A stretch of DNA of 43,147 nucleotides from Coniocarpon cinnabarinum (taxonomy: Eukaryota), in contig JAVECO010000025.1 of NCBI GenBank assembly GCA_051942205.1, forward strand, positions 124,001 through 167,147. Direction: 5' to 3'. Positions 1 through 11,318 of the stretch are shown here, one piece after another. The notes below the pieces were generated by a model. That model saw only the letters and a list, made by a program, of their open reading frames with translations, was not told where the DNA came from and searched no databases. Every line of letters starts with the position of its first letter. Within the stretch, counting starts at the first letter, position 1. A program made the position numbers and the translations under genes.

Positions 1-33
1 ACAATTTGAAGTCTTCATCCTAGCCACACACTG

Positions 34-62
34 CCTTCCCTTCCCTTCCCTTCCCTTCCCTT
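34..62. repeat. (TTCCC)5 pyrimidine microsatellite
   Basis: ccttcccttcccttcccttcccttccctt read directly, ~140 bp upstream of the HORMA gene ATG. Confidence 0.9.
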
Positions 63-203
63 TTGTACTATCCTTAGTATGCTCTCTGGAGCGCACGACA
101 GCTTGCACCCATGACGCCTCAATTGCACGCCTAAGGCGAAGAACATCCGTTTTCACAAGTACAGGTAGAACCGCAGCTGCTGTCGAATTTTCACGGTTTC
201 CAA

Positions 204-2010
204 ATGCCACCCAACACGCGCTCAAAAAGGGCGCTCCGGTCCAAGTCCACGCTTGCAGCGTCTTCCAACATTCCTGCGAATCATTCGAAACAAACCCAAC
301 TAAACTTCGAGCAAAGCCTGAATGCAGTCAAGGTGAACATTTATGGTTCGGTAAGTATTCCTTCGCCGGTCCGTTGGGAGGCATCTAGCGCTGCGACCTT
401 CTGCTGACGTGATCAGTTGAGTGAATACCTCATGACCAGGTATGCATAGCTGGGTCTAAATCTGACCTCCAGGTCTGCTTAGCCTAGTTAGACGCTGTGT
501 CGATCAAGCTGCCTTTGGTGCTCGTCAATACGTTCTGGCAAACCGTTCTCTAACATATGACCAAATAATCGGAAGTGTGGATGACACATCTTCGGGAGCG
601 AGTAAAATTAACAAGGCCCAAGGTGCCTTGCAAGCCAACTTTCTCCTACGCCGGAGGGTATCACCGGGTGGGAACATGGTCCTAGATTGGCTTGTGAGCT
701 GTCTCCTGAGCGGGCGTGAAAGAGCTGGACAGGATCTGATTACTGCTCATAGGAGAACGATGTGTTTCCCGCGCTGACTCAAAATGTGCTCAAAGCGATG
801 GAGCTGCGCATACTGGAGTACGGTGGCCGGCGGACGATCGAAAGCTGCAAATTCATGCTTCAAACGCGATCGTCTTCCGTACAAAAGGACAACCTTGAGG
901 GCGGCTGCTCAACCATGATTGATGTATCGCAGAGTCTTTGCAGGGCTCTGAGTCAACTTCACAAGGTTCTGCTGCCTCTAGCTGCCCTTCCCAGTAAGGT
1001 CACAGCGCTTCGTTCCATGAATTGTGCTCATTCAAGGGTCAGAGAGAAAAGAACTGCAGCTAGTCTTGTCCTTGGACCAGCCATCGGCACAGTTCAAAGC
1101 CTCATCGCTCTTCAAGCCGCTTCCGGATCCCAGCTACGACTTTGCCGTGTCTGACGAGTGGAGAATGGTGCGACAGAAAATGAAGGATCATTTGCACACG
1201 ATACTACACAAGTAGTACACCCGCTTCATGCAGTCGCTGTCCGCTTTCTGATGAAATCTTAGAATCATGTTTGCTGTCGAGCACCTTGAATTTCAATCGA
1301 AAGGCTCTCAGCAAAGCCCTGCCGCGATCCCGGAGAGGCTCCCTCTCACTGAGCACCGCGAGGTTGATGAGTTTTTCAGGTTTACGAAGAGACACAATTG
1401 GCGCAGAGAAAGCTCTTTGCACGACGAATCTGAGACTGAAGACGAGCAATCTACTGGCAGGTCTACACCAAGTCTGGATCGTGAGGCTGATATCTCGCAG
1501 CCTCTGAAAATAGACCATGGCTCAATACAACCTGATGACATGAGATGCTCGAGGGAGCTGCAAGCAATGGTTTGTTGAATCCTTCTCCATGACACTGGCG
1601 CGTTTCTGAGATGCACTGACGACATGTAGCGATCCGGCTTTCGAAAGCCTCTCGTGACGGCCAGCCAATTGACGGAAAGACTGTCTCAGACAGTCGCGAG
1701 TTTACCTGAGCGGTCTGACTTGACGTCAAAAATGTCAGCGCGTGAATGCTATGCGCTTGCATCATCATCAAATCCAGTCACGCCCGAGAACCCAACCTTT
1801 GATAGCAGCGCTTCGAATTGCCTAGCGAAGCGTCCTCGAGCCGGCAATGAGTCTGTGGCGTCTCCACGACCCTCAAAGCGCAGACAAAGCTTCTTTATAT
1901 CTGAACGCGTGTCGAAGACGTCCTCACGTGCGTCCTCAGAGCTGGCCGAAGCTGCTATGGCGGACGATGAAGATACTCAAGGTAGCGTAGGGCATGTCAA
2001 AGGTCACTAA
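204..2010 (+). CDS. Divergent meiotic HORMA-domain protein (Hop1-like), 7 exons, ~489 aa
   Basis: Exons 204-350, 417-439, 492-693, 753-993, 1043-1211, 1263-1569, 1630-2010 join in frame via GT-AG introns (1470 nt). The spliced protein has HORMA-like segments FEQSLNAVKVNIYGSLSEYLMTR, VLDWLENDVFPALTQNVLKAMELRILE..TIES and LAALPKRKELQLVL, compared from memory with Hop1 QSLELV..YLR, LLDWLE.GVFDAL..YL and LP..RYL.L. Confidence 0.7.
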
Positions 2011-2275
2011 ATCATCCTGGGTCTTGCCCTGGTCAGATACGAGTGTGAAACATGTGTGCATATACGGTCACGGTGCGGCTCAGTATGTAAGGCGCAAAGG
2101 GGTCTCGTAATGAATTCGAGTGGCTTCGAAGCACATCTCTGAAATGAGCCGTGGTGCGAAAGGATTTCATATTTATCTTCGAGCTGTAGTGCATGTACGT
2201 GTGCAGAGAGACAATTTTGCTTCGCACTCAAAATACCATTGTCAAGCATTTGCCTTCCTCAAGAAAACGACCAAA

Positions 2276-4289
2276 CTAATCCGTTTCGATTGCAACTGCT
2301 CTCAGATTGACCGCAGCTCTAAGAGCTTGTTCAATGAACCTAAAGCTTGCCGCAAATGTTGCTGCTGGCTCCCCGTGTGCAAGCCAACCCGCTAATGTAA
2401 CTTTAAGCAGCTCCATCCGGAACCAGGAGCACACAAAACTTTCACGCTGATGAATTTTCGAAGCCGCGACGGCACCCATGGCGATGCACCAAAGCAATGC
2501 ACCAGGTATCAGCGCCCAATCTTTTAGAGCCCGTGCTTGAGTGATAGATGAGCGTAAGCGGGCAATCAAGTCATCAATGCTTGGAGGCCTTGAAGATGAG
2601 CGGCTGCACCAAATTCATCAGTGTGGATCGATGGGACTGATGGGAATGGCAATCCTACTCAACAACGTACCCTTTTGCTAGCAAAAGTTGAGAATCGACA
2701 AAACTCACGAACATGACAAAAGCTGTTCTGCAAGCGTCCAGGATCATTTGATGGGGACCGGTGGGACATGATGTCGATGGATAGGCTAGATATCTTTCAA
2801 AACATTGTGCGGCACGTGCTGTGATCTGTTCCCAGTCTGCAGCAGCCGGTGGATGACTCATGGCTGGCCAATGTTCCAACTCGCGCTGCGAGCCTGCAAC
2901 TTGGGCAACTTGGCAAACGTCTAGTAAGTTGTCTAGAGCATCCGCCAAGTGTGGCTGGGCTTGAATAGACGCATCGGCATCGTCGAAGACGCATAGATGG
3001 AAGTGACTGTAATTTGTCGATCGCGAGATTGGGGTTGATAGGTGAAACTCCACCGATGACCGGCTCAAGTCCGAATACATGCTGGTGGCGAGTAGGCTCA
3101 GGTGCTGTTCGAAGACGTATTAGTACAGTGTCAAATGTGTGGATTCTCATAGCACAGCTGCCTTGCTGCGTTACGTGACCACGCATCGTCCTCTAACATA
3201 CATCAAAGCTGTCACCAGGTTAGTACCCATGAAGTGACCAAGTTATGATTGTCATACGCATTAAGACACAGGTGCACTGCATGTTCCAAATGAACGCACA
3301 TAGACCCTTCCCTCAGTTCAAGTATCCTTCCAATGCCTGCTCTGTGAACGTCAAACGAATGTGTGTCATAACCGAGAATGAACTGAATCATCGTTAGCGA
3401 GCTGTTTCGATCTCAGCATAGGAAATGCGCCACGCACATGACTGGCCATAATTGTGAAGACTGCCATTAAAACCATGTCATCGTTAGCAGCCGAGGGCAA
3501 GGCCAAAGCCTGATTGAGCAATTGGATGGTGAGCACATATTGCTGATGACTTAGTTGACCCGGGGACTGGTTTCGGGTTAGGTCAAATAGGATACGACTA
3601 CAGAGATGCATTGAGCTTCTTAAACTTTTCGTTGCCACACTATTGGAGTGCTCTTGGTGGACCAGCTGCTCGCTACGGGTTGTGAAAAATCGCAGCAGAT
3701 CTACAACCCGTGGGTGAGCTAAACTAAACAAAGCATAGGACTGAGGCGTGGTGAGCTGCTCGTGTGAACGCAGACGCACCTAATGAGGAAGTTTGTGTAT
3801 GAATTCCACTTGTGCGCTCACGGCCATAGACCTGGCTTTCATGATTCGCATCAAGGATTCCTTGTAGGCCAGATATGAGGTGCAGGCGGTGCGGACCCTC
3901 CGAACCATGACCCAGACTTTCCACCATGGGCGAATTTAGCCAATGCGATCCTGAAGGAGGCAAAGGAGACCCAAGACGGGTCACGCTTGGAACATTCCCT
4001 GGCTGATGACTCTGGTCTGCCCGTTGCATTTTAGCGCGAGTGTTTCTCACAAAGTGATGTCTTTTGGCTGTGGGAGACCAGACATAGGCCCACGGAAGAG
4101 GAAATCACTCGAGATAACACACGTGTATTGAAGTGGAAAGGCTGACTCACCTGCCTTGCGATAAAAGCGTCTCTGTCTATGTGATTCTCTCATTACAGCA
4201 GCGCGCGTCTTAGATATTCGTTCTCGTCTTTCCTCGGCAGATCGGTTAGTCATATTCACGAACTCGTATTGGCGTTCAGCTCTGGCCAT
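2276..4289 (-). CDS. Fungal-specific transcription factor-like protein (Fungal_trans_2/PF11951-type), multi-exon
   Basis: N-terminus MARAERQYEFVNMTN...RAAVMRESHRQRR (FVN..R.HVMR-type motif), then LLNQAL..NDDMVLMAV, HRAGIGRILELRKGL and C-terminal LLWCIAMGAVAA. Donor GTGAGT at 4150 links ORF pieces 4047-4355, 3724-4050, 3366-3779, 2655-3080 and 2276-2569. No Zn2Cys6 cluster seen; later exon boundaries were not all resolved. Confidence 0.65.
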
Positions 4290-5837
4290 CTTCGGGCAGT
4301 CGAATTGAGTGTTTGGTTCGATTGCGATACGGGTAAGCCATGCTTGAAAGGTCAAAGTTGAGTGGATTTGAGATGTATATCAGCGTCGGCATCAGCATCG
4401 GCTCATCCGCAGGCTCTTAGTAGATTGCGTATCTTCAGGTGCTGAAATTCTAGAAAATCCTCGAGGATCCAAGCGGCAAAGAAATGGTAAAGACTTGCCG
4501 TGTATTTGGCGCAACGGGTCAAAATAGTCTGAGGGCAAACAGTTTTCATCAGGGAGACAAGTATCAGGCCACGTGGTACCAGGCCGCTTGGTCTGGTGGG
4601 GCGAAATAGCACATTGTCTGAAGCATTGAATGACGGGAATCGATTCTCATACATGTTTTAGAATAGCAACGAATGGGACTTCTATGTTCGTTTCTCTTGC
4701 ATTGTGGACGTCACGTTTCAGTAAATCCTACTGTAAAAGACGGGTGGTATGCCGGGGTATGACCAAGCTCTGGCCACCGATGTCCTAATTCAAAGCCGCT
4801 GTGCATACTGTGAGCGGTCGAATCAAGCTGAGGCTCACGACCCGGCTTCGTGATTTGTTGAAGTGCAGATGCATGCTCACCGACAGTGTGGAAGAGTGTG
4901 CACGTTACCTTGATCTTCCCAGAGACTCCAGAACGGCTTAAAAGCACGGACGCGCGATTTTGCTTGCATCATTTCGAGTGCTTCTGTGAGTGTGGGTCTA
5001 GCGTAGTTGCATGGTTGGGGCATCAAAGTATGTCCTGCTGTCGTCTGCGCGTCGCACAACAATCAGTCAGACTCAGGGGGAGATAATACGCCTGTGCCCG
5101 ACGCACGGCATCAGGTTCTCAAGGATCGCCATCGGCGCCAAATTAAGCGAGAGCAGCGACTGGTTTAGGAATGCGTTACATGGACGATAGCATACACGCT
5201 GTGGCTCTAGGGCTGGCCTCACTTGGGACTATGATCGTATGTGGTCGAATTTTTTGGATTCCCGCACATAGACTCCGAAGCTCCGCGCGAGGATATCGCT
5301 GCCCTAGCCACCGTGTTCCGGAGTGGCGTGGCAGATGGTATGTTGCGGGTGGGTGGGTGGTAAGTGGTATAGACGATCCCTAACGAATTAATACCTGGAG
5401 TCGCGACGGGGACGCGTTTGGCGCTAGGGCCGAGAAGGGAACAGCGCCACCCGGGCGGGATGACATAATCGCGAATCTTTTGATAGGTATGGAAAGTCGT
5501 AGATGGCCGAACTGATGAGGTCGAATAGATACAGGCGTCGCTGCTGCCTCGTCTGCTTTCCTTCTCCACATCTGCATTCACGGATACCGGCGTTCTCGGC
5601 CTAGACCATCATGGGCTCTCCCGCTCTCTTCTTCTCTACATTCGTACATTGAATAACTCGTCCAGACGGGCAGGCCGGCATCTCATATCTTCGTTTACTT
5701 TCCATTCGTTCGCTCGCTCGCCACTTCTCACTCTTCGTTAGCAGCCATCATCCACATAACCATTCGCTGCGCTGTCAATCTCACTAGACCATCCTGTTTT
5801 CAAGTACTACTGGCCACAGCTCTTCTCTGTTGATACA

Positions 5838-8800
5838 ATGTTTCAAACCTTCACTGGTAACTCCAGACGGCCGCGGCAAGTCAACCTCTCCGGTAGGACC
5901 GCAAACCCACTCGCAAAGTATGGCGCTGCTCCTCCTGCTACCTCGGATACGGTAGCAAACGCGCATCAAAGTCGACTCGAGCGACAGCAAGAGCGTGCGC
6001 GCAACCAAGCTGCCACGAAGATCCAAAAATCATGGCGAGGCTATAAAGTTCGTGACCAGCTGAAGCAGGAACAGCGACGTCAATGGGAAGCCACAGAAGG
6101 GCCGTGGACATGGATCGATGAGTTGACCGATGATGACTTTCAACCCTACAGCTCCGCAACTGAGGCATACCTCCAGCTGTCGAGGGTCCTACGATTCTTT
6201 GATTGGTCAGATGGAAAAGATCACCAGATCCTCGTTAGGAGCAGTCTGCGGATACAAAAGGGAATCGATCAAGATAGGAGCAGTTACGTGGATGGACCAT
6301 GGCCGGCAGCTTACCTCAGACTTCAAAACACCACCCTGGACGGTTTGTCACGAAGAACCCTGGCCTCTGTCACGAATGGGTTCTTTCGCTTGCTTCGATT
6401 TACCACGCGAATGATTCCCGACTTGACTGCGAGCAACGCGGAGAACTATTACAAGGTCCTTAAGGGGGTACTGGACAGAATATGCCTGGAGGCAGACATA
6501 CTTGCAGCGCCCCTCCAGGCCCTCGGCTCTGCTACAGAGAGGGCATATCAGGCGTTTGCTGTACACTTCTTGACCATACCAAACCTGGGGAAAAGATTGA
6601 CCCATCCCCGTGGTGCTCCATCATCTTTTGAAACGATTGCGCATAACATTGATTGCAAGCTGCTTGCAAACAGTTTACTTCACTTGTTACAAGAATCAGG
6701 TCATGTGACGAGATTCCTCTCCCCGAAGACATCCGCCAAATCATCCCGTTCACAAAGGTCGTTCAATGACCTTACCCAGGATTGCGCATGGCTGGCGGCT
6801 CATCTTGTTTGCCTACATCAACTGACCTTTGGCGCCGGTTGTTCCGAACAGTACATTTCAGATCCATCTTTCATTTCTGTGCTCTGCCCGTTGCTCTCCG
6901 CGATAGCTGACGGTGCCGCTAATGACGCATTCGGAACCATCAGTGAAGTTGACAGCGATAGTCTTTTGACTCGAATGAAGCTGGACACTTTCATCATTGA
7001 ACAGCTAGACGCGCTCGTTCACCAAAAGTCGATAAGCAGCTTAGTGTCTCAGATGAACGCTGATCAGATCAGCACAGACGAAAATACGGAAGCCAGACTG
7101 CATCAGAGCACCGCATCGAAAGCCTTGGCGACATACATATTGACATTGTTACGGGTGTTTCCTAATCGAGGGGACGATGTCAGAATGTGGCTCTATGTGG
7201 GGTCCTCCAGCTCATTTCAAATCAGCAGTGGCATGCGAGGGGAATCTGCCATACGCTTCTTTTGGCTAGCTTCGCGTAACACCAGCATTTTCAAGAAGAT
7301 CTTGTACGATCCACGTTCGGTGATTGACCTGTTGAAGCCACGGACGACGGCGGACCCCCGGGATTTTGTCCGGGAGAGACCACTAGGCAACCGCACTCAA
7401 TCTGTTGAAGACGAGTGGCAGATTGTGCTTCTCTTCGTGGAGATGTACTCTTTCGTGTTGAAAGTCATGGACGATGAAGAATTCTTTGCATATGATGACA
7501 GTGAAGATTTGAGGATGGGCGCCACGTACAGCCGAAAGAACAGTCTTCGACGCGACGAGATCATGACCCTGTCAACTTTTCTGAAACACTTGGGATTTTC
7601 CATGTATTACCATGCGGCTGACATCATTGGCTCTCGAGATGAAGAGTCCAGTAAAGACATTAGTAGTCTCTTCAAGCCTCCTGGCCAAGACGAACCCGAC
7701 AAAGACAAACTGGATCGACAAAATTCTGTAGCAGTCGTCAGTGGAGTCAACTTGGACTACATGAAGGGAGCTGTGACCGGTCTCGCTCGAGCAATCTACG
7801 AGCGGGATTCCAGGCGTCCCTTTACTCCGAAAGATCACTGGTTAATGACCACACGCTTCGACATGACTAATTTCATCGATGCTGTAGTGGAGGAGGAAGA
7901 ACGTCGGCATCAAGTGGAAGAAGCTGAGAGGGTGGAAGAGGATGATAACGGCGAGGAACATTGGGACGTGACAAGATCGCCTGGACTGGTTGGCACGGGT
8001 CATGCGCAGCGGTTGCAGAGGCTCGATCGGCTGTGGCGTCAGCGTCGAAAAGAATCGCGAAAAAGATACCTGCAAGCCGTTGCGCCTCGTCTTGAGATAC
8101 TTCAGAACATGCCGTTTCTCATCCCTTTCACTACCCGAGTGCAGATTTTTAGGCGCTTTGTGCAGCTTGATCAGCTAAAGCGACGTAGCGGTGCCTCTGA
8201 CCCGGAAGCGTGGAGATTGATTCAAATGGCCAGCATGAATGACGGACATGGGCGGCTTGAAAGACACCACGCAATGATCCGGCGTGGTCATGAGTTTGAT
8301 GATGCATTCGTTCAATTCTACGAACTTGGTCCAAGTTTGAAGGAGCCGATTAATATTACATTCTTGGATCAATTCGAGCAAGAAGAAGCTGGGATTGACG
8401 GAGGTGGCGTCACAAAAGAATTCCTCACCAGCGTCACTGATCAAGCTTTTAGCGACGACAGCGGAGTGCGGCTTTTTGTTGAGAATGACAAGCATTTACT
8501 GTTTCCCAACCCGACCGCGATGGACGAGCGACGGTTGTTGCTCTTGGAAAGGCAGGGCTTCCAAGAGGGCTCCGAGGTCTACCACTCGCAAATGACTGGC
8601 ATGCTTCAACGATATGAGTTCTTGGGACGCATCATTGGCAAATGCCTGTACGAGGGAATCCTGGTTGACATCGGCTTTGCTGGCTTCTTCTTACTAAAGT
8701 GGGCTCTTACTGGTGGCACGGGGACTGCATCTAAGGAGAGCGGTTACAGAGCCAACATCAATGATTTGCGAGAGTTTGACGAAGGTTTATATCAGGGGTT

Positions 8801-9485
8801 GCTCAAGCTCAAGAACCACCCTGGTGAAGTGGAGGACTTTGCGCTTAATTTTACAGTGGCAGACAGGCTGACGTTTGCATCTTGGACTGGTATGCCGTCA
8901 GAAAAGACCATTACCCGAGAATTGCGACCGAATGGAAGCGACATACCGGTCACCAATGCTAATCGTCTGGTCTACATCTCCTACATGACGCGTCATCGTC
9001 TGTCATCACAGCCGTACCGTCAGACCAACGCCTTTCTCAAGGGGATTGGAGCCATGATCTCTCCATCTTGGCTTTCCATGTTCAATCAGATCGAATTACA
9101 GACACTTGTCGGTGGCGCAGCGTCGGCCATTAACGTTGCCGATCTACGGGCACACACAAGTTACGGCGGTGTCTACGTGATTGGTGACGATGGGCAAGAG
9201 CACCCGAGTATTCAACTGTTTTGGAAAGTCATGGAGAGTCTGCCTGATGAAGACCGTCGCAAAGTGCTCAAATTTGTGACAAGCACACCTCGAGCGCCCT
9301 TACTGGGATTCGGGAGTCTAATGCCTCGTTTTAGCATTCGAGACAGTGGTGGCGATGAGACACGGTTACCGAGTACGAGCACTTGCGTGAATCTACTCAA
9401 GCTGCCTCGGTACAACAGTTTTGAGGCTTGCCATACAAAGCTGCTGCAGGCCGTCAATGCCGGTGCTGGGTTTGACCTGAGCTAA
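5838..9485 (+). CDS. HUL5: HECT E3 ubiquitin ligase with N-terminal IQ motif (Hul5/UBE3C family)
   Basis: 1215-aa single ORF. MFQTFTGNSRRPRQVNLSG start, IQ motif IQKSWRGYKVR, HECT motifs EAGIDGGGVTKEFL, LKFVTSTPRAPLLGF, catalytic RLPSTSTCVNLLKLP, terminal GFDLS. Confidence 0.95.
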   Translation: MFQTFTGNSRRPRQVNLSGRTANPLAKYGAAPPATSDTVANAHQSRLERQQERARNQAATKIQKSWRGYKVRDQLKQEQRRQWEATEGPWTWIDELTDDDFQPYSSATEAYLQLSRVLRFFDWSDGKDHQILVRSSLRIQKGIDQDRSSYVDGPWPAAYLRLQNTTLDGLSRRTLASVTNGFFRLLRFTTRMIPDLTASNAENYYKVLKGVLDRICLEADILAAPLQALGSATERAYQAFAVHFLTIPNLGKRLTHPRGAPSSFETIAHNIDCKLLANSLLHLLQESGHVTRFLSPKTSAKSSRSQRSFNDLTQDCAWLAAHLVCLHQLTFGAGCSEQYISDPSFISVLCPLLSAIADGAANDAFGTISEVDSDSLLTRMKLDTFIIEQLDALVHQKSISSLVSQMNADQISTDENTEARLHQSTASKALATYILTLLRVFPNRGDDVRMWLYVGSSSSFQISSGMRGESAIRFFWLASRNTSIFKKILYDPRSVIDLLKPRTTADPRDFVRERPLGNRTQSVEDEWQIVLLFVEMYSFVLKVMDDEEFFAYDDSEDLRMGATYSRKNSLRRDEIMTLSTFLKHLGFSMYYHAADIIGSRDEESSKDISSLFKPPGQDEPDKDKLDRQNSVAVVSGVNLDYMKGAVTGLARAIYERDSRRPFTPKDHWLMTTRFDMTNFIDAVVEEEERRHQVEEAERVEEDDNGEEHWDVTRSPGLVGTGHAQRLQRLDRLWRQRRKESRKRYLQAVAPRLEILQNMPFLIPFTTRVQIFRRFVQLDQLKRRSGASDPEAWRLIQMASMNDGHGRLERHHAMIRRGHEFDDAFVQFYELGPSLKEPINITFLDQFEQEEAGIDGGGVTKEFLTSVTDQAFSDDSGVRLFVENDKHLLFPNPTAMDERRLLLLERQGFQEGSEVYHSQMTGMLQRYEFLGRIIGKCLYEGILVDIGFAGFFLLKWALTGGTGTASKESGYRANINDLREFDEGLYQGLLKLKNHPGEVEDFALNFTVADRLTFASWTGMPSEKTITRELRPNGSDIPVTNANRLVYISYMTRHRLSSQPYRQTNAFLKGIGAMISPSWLSMFNQIELQTLVGGAASAINVADLRAHTSYGGVYVIGDDGQEHPSIQLFWKVMESLPDEDRRKVLKFVTSTPRAPLLGFGSLMPRFSIRDSGGDETRLPSTSTCVNLLKLPRYNSFEACHTKLLQAVNAGAGFDLS

Positions 9486-10410
9486 GACGCAGTACGCACA
9501 GTACTTTGCATGTGTTGTTACAACAGAGAGGCAGCTGTCAGTATGCCAGTCATACGTCAGAGGCTCAATGGGTCTGCTCAGTGCCAAGGCCAGGTGTAGG
9601 TTGCCAGTGACTAGATTTACGAGCTCAATGCTTGAGAGATGGTATATGATGTTCACGGAGGTTCAGTAGTGTCTGCACACCCACAGAGCAACCTCTGGGT
9701 CGTGCCTTTTCGAGTATCGGACAGTCTGTGACTTCTCTCCATGTGCATGCTGCTCTCAACAGTTCGGCTGCTTGGCTCTAGTGGCTTGATGTGATCGTTC
9801 CGAGCCCCCATTGTCCTGCCTCGACGCGTCAGAACGCGTGCTCGTGAGTGGAGTCTTTCGACGTGAATCTTCGTCGATTACATTGGCGAAACAGCATCAG
9901 ATTGCCATGCCATTTCACGATCTGTTTCAGAGACCTAGGAAAACATTCTGATAGGTAGCGTCATTTCCCTCCGGGCCATTCCAAGACATCGCCAAGTATT
10001 ACTACAAGTCATGTAGTAGTTCTCGTGTGTGAGGGCTGCTGTGCACGGGGAAGACCTGCGATGTACTATCTCACCGCAGGGAGGGCGATCCAGCGACTTC
10101 ATGGTTTTGCAGTGCGGCCGCCAACTTCCCACAGCACCAAGAAGTCACATTGTGGCGCTTTATGACATTTCGGCCTGCGAACAGAGATTGCTCAGGGGTG
10201 CTGTCGGATGTCGGGAGTACGAAGTAATAATGCATCTCGAACTGCTTTTGCATCACACGTGCTGTGGCGGTGAGAGCCGATGGTATACTCGATTTGGCAG
10301 CAGCGCTCACGAGGCCACTTTTTGGATGATTCACTCTAATCTTGCTTTTCGAACCCACGTTTTGACCCTTTGAAATGTCTTTAGAGGCCCATCGTCAGGG
10401 TGCTTAAGGC

Positions 10411-11043
10411 ATGAATGCTGAAATGAAAAAGCTCGGGGGTTTCGACTCCAAGTTGCGGTCTGATGTGCCTCGTGATGACTTTGACGATGACGACTTGAAC
10501 GACAGCGACCTGATGGCTGCCGCACAGCAGAAAGACGTCATAGCCGACATTGACGACATTTTTCCTGCGCCTGCAGTCACGGAGCAAAGAATGGAGTGGA
10601 AACCTGAAAAGCTTCCAAACGGCAAGTGGAAATGCTCCCACAGCTGCAAAAACGACTGTAAGCATGCTTGCTGCAAGACGGGCATGAAGAGACCACCACG
10701 AGGCCCGCCAAAGGTCCATTCGGATGAAGAAGACGAATATGAGCAGAGCAGCATATTCAAGACTTTCTTCAAACGCAATAAGCGTGAGGATCAGGTGGCA
10801 AAGGAAGTCCCCGTTTCTCGGCCCGCTCCCAAAGCAGAGCGTCGCCCTCTTTTCGTGACCGAGTCGAGCAGCCCACAGAAAATACCAAGTCATGACGAAC
10901 ACGATGAAATGGATGAGCCAGCCGCCAAGAAGCAGAAGTTGGATGTGATTGAGAAAGAAAACAAGCCAATGGAGGAGGACGAGGAGGATCAAGCTATTGC
11001 GTGGGCGCTCGAAGAGTTTGGGGACTACATTGAGATCGTATGA
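10411..11043 (+). CDS. Acidic protein carrying a Mer3/HFM1-type C-terminal zinc finger (no helicase core)
   Basis: 210-aa ORF with DDFDDDDLNDSDLMAAA..DIDDIF and WKPEKLPNGKWKCSHSCKNDCKHACCKTG, resembling the fungal Mer3 tail (LPNGKWxCxHxCK..CKHxCCxxG). In-frame TAA just upstream at 10405. Confidence 0.6.
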   Translation: MNAEMKKLGGFDSKLRSDVPRDDFDDDDLNDSDLMAAAQQKDVIADIDDIFPAPAVTEQRMEWKPEKLPNGKWKCSHSCKNDCKHACCKTGMKRPPRGPPKVHSDEEDEYEQSSIFKTFFKRNKREDQVAKEVPVSRPAPKAERRPLFVTESSSPQKIPSHDEHDEMDEPAAKKQKLDVIEKENKPMEEDEEDQAIAWALEEFGDYIEIV

Positions 11044-11318
11044 GCTTGCGCTCGATCTTCTTGTCTGCGTCGATCCGTGCATCATTAATGTCTGATGCCA
11101 TTCGCACACGTATATACCCTAAGATTAACGCTCACCAAACAATCTTCTCAATACAGACGCAGTAGTGCTAGAAATTAAATTAAGGAAATTGCAAATGCTC
11201 AAAACGTCGAAGCTGACCCACACGAAATACCACTTCTCGAAGCCCTGCCATCATCCAAACCGGCTTGGATGCTTTACGCACGGTCGCGTTACATCAACAT
11301 AACTTGGATCAAACTTCC

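Noticed and set aside
4403..5830. Short ORFs between the TF-like gene and HUL5
   Set aside because: Overlapping on both strands with no family signal; likely a bidirectional promoter and pyrimidine-rich 5' UTR.
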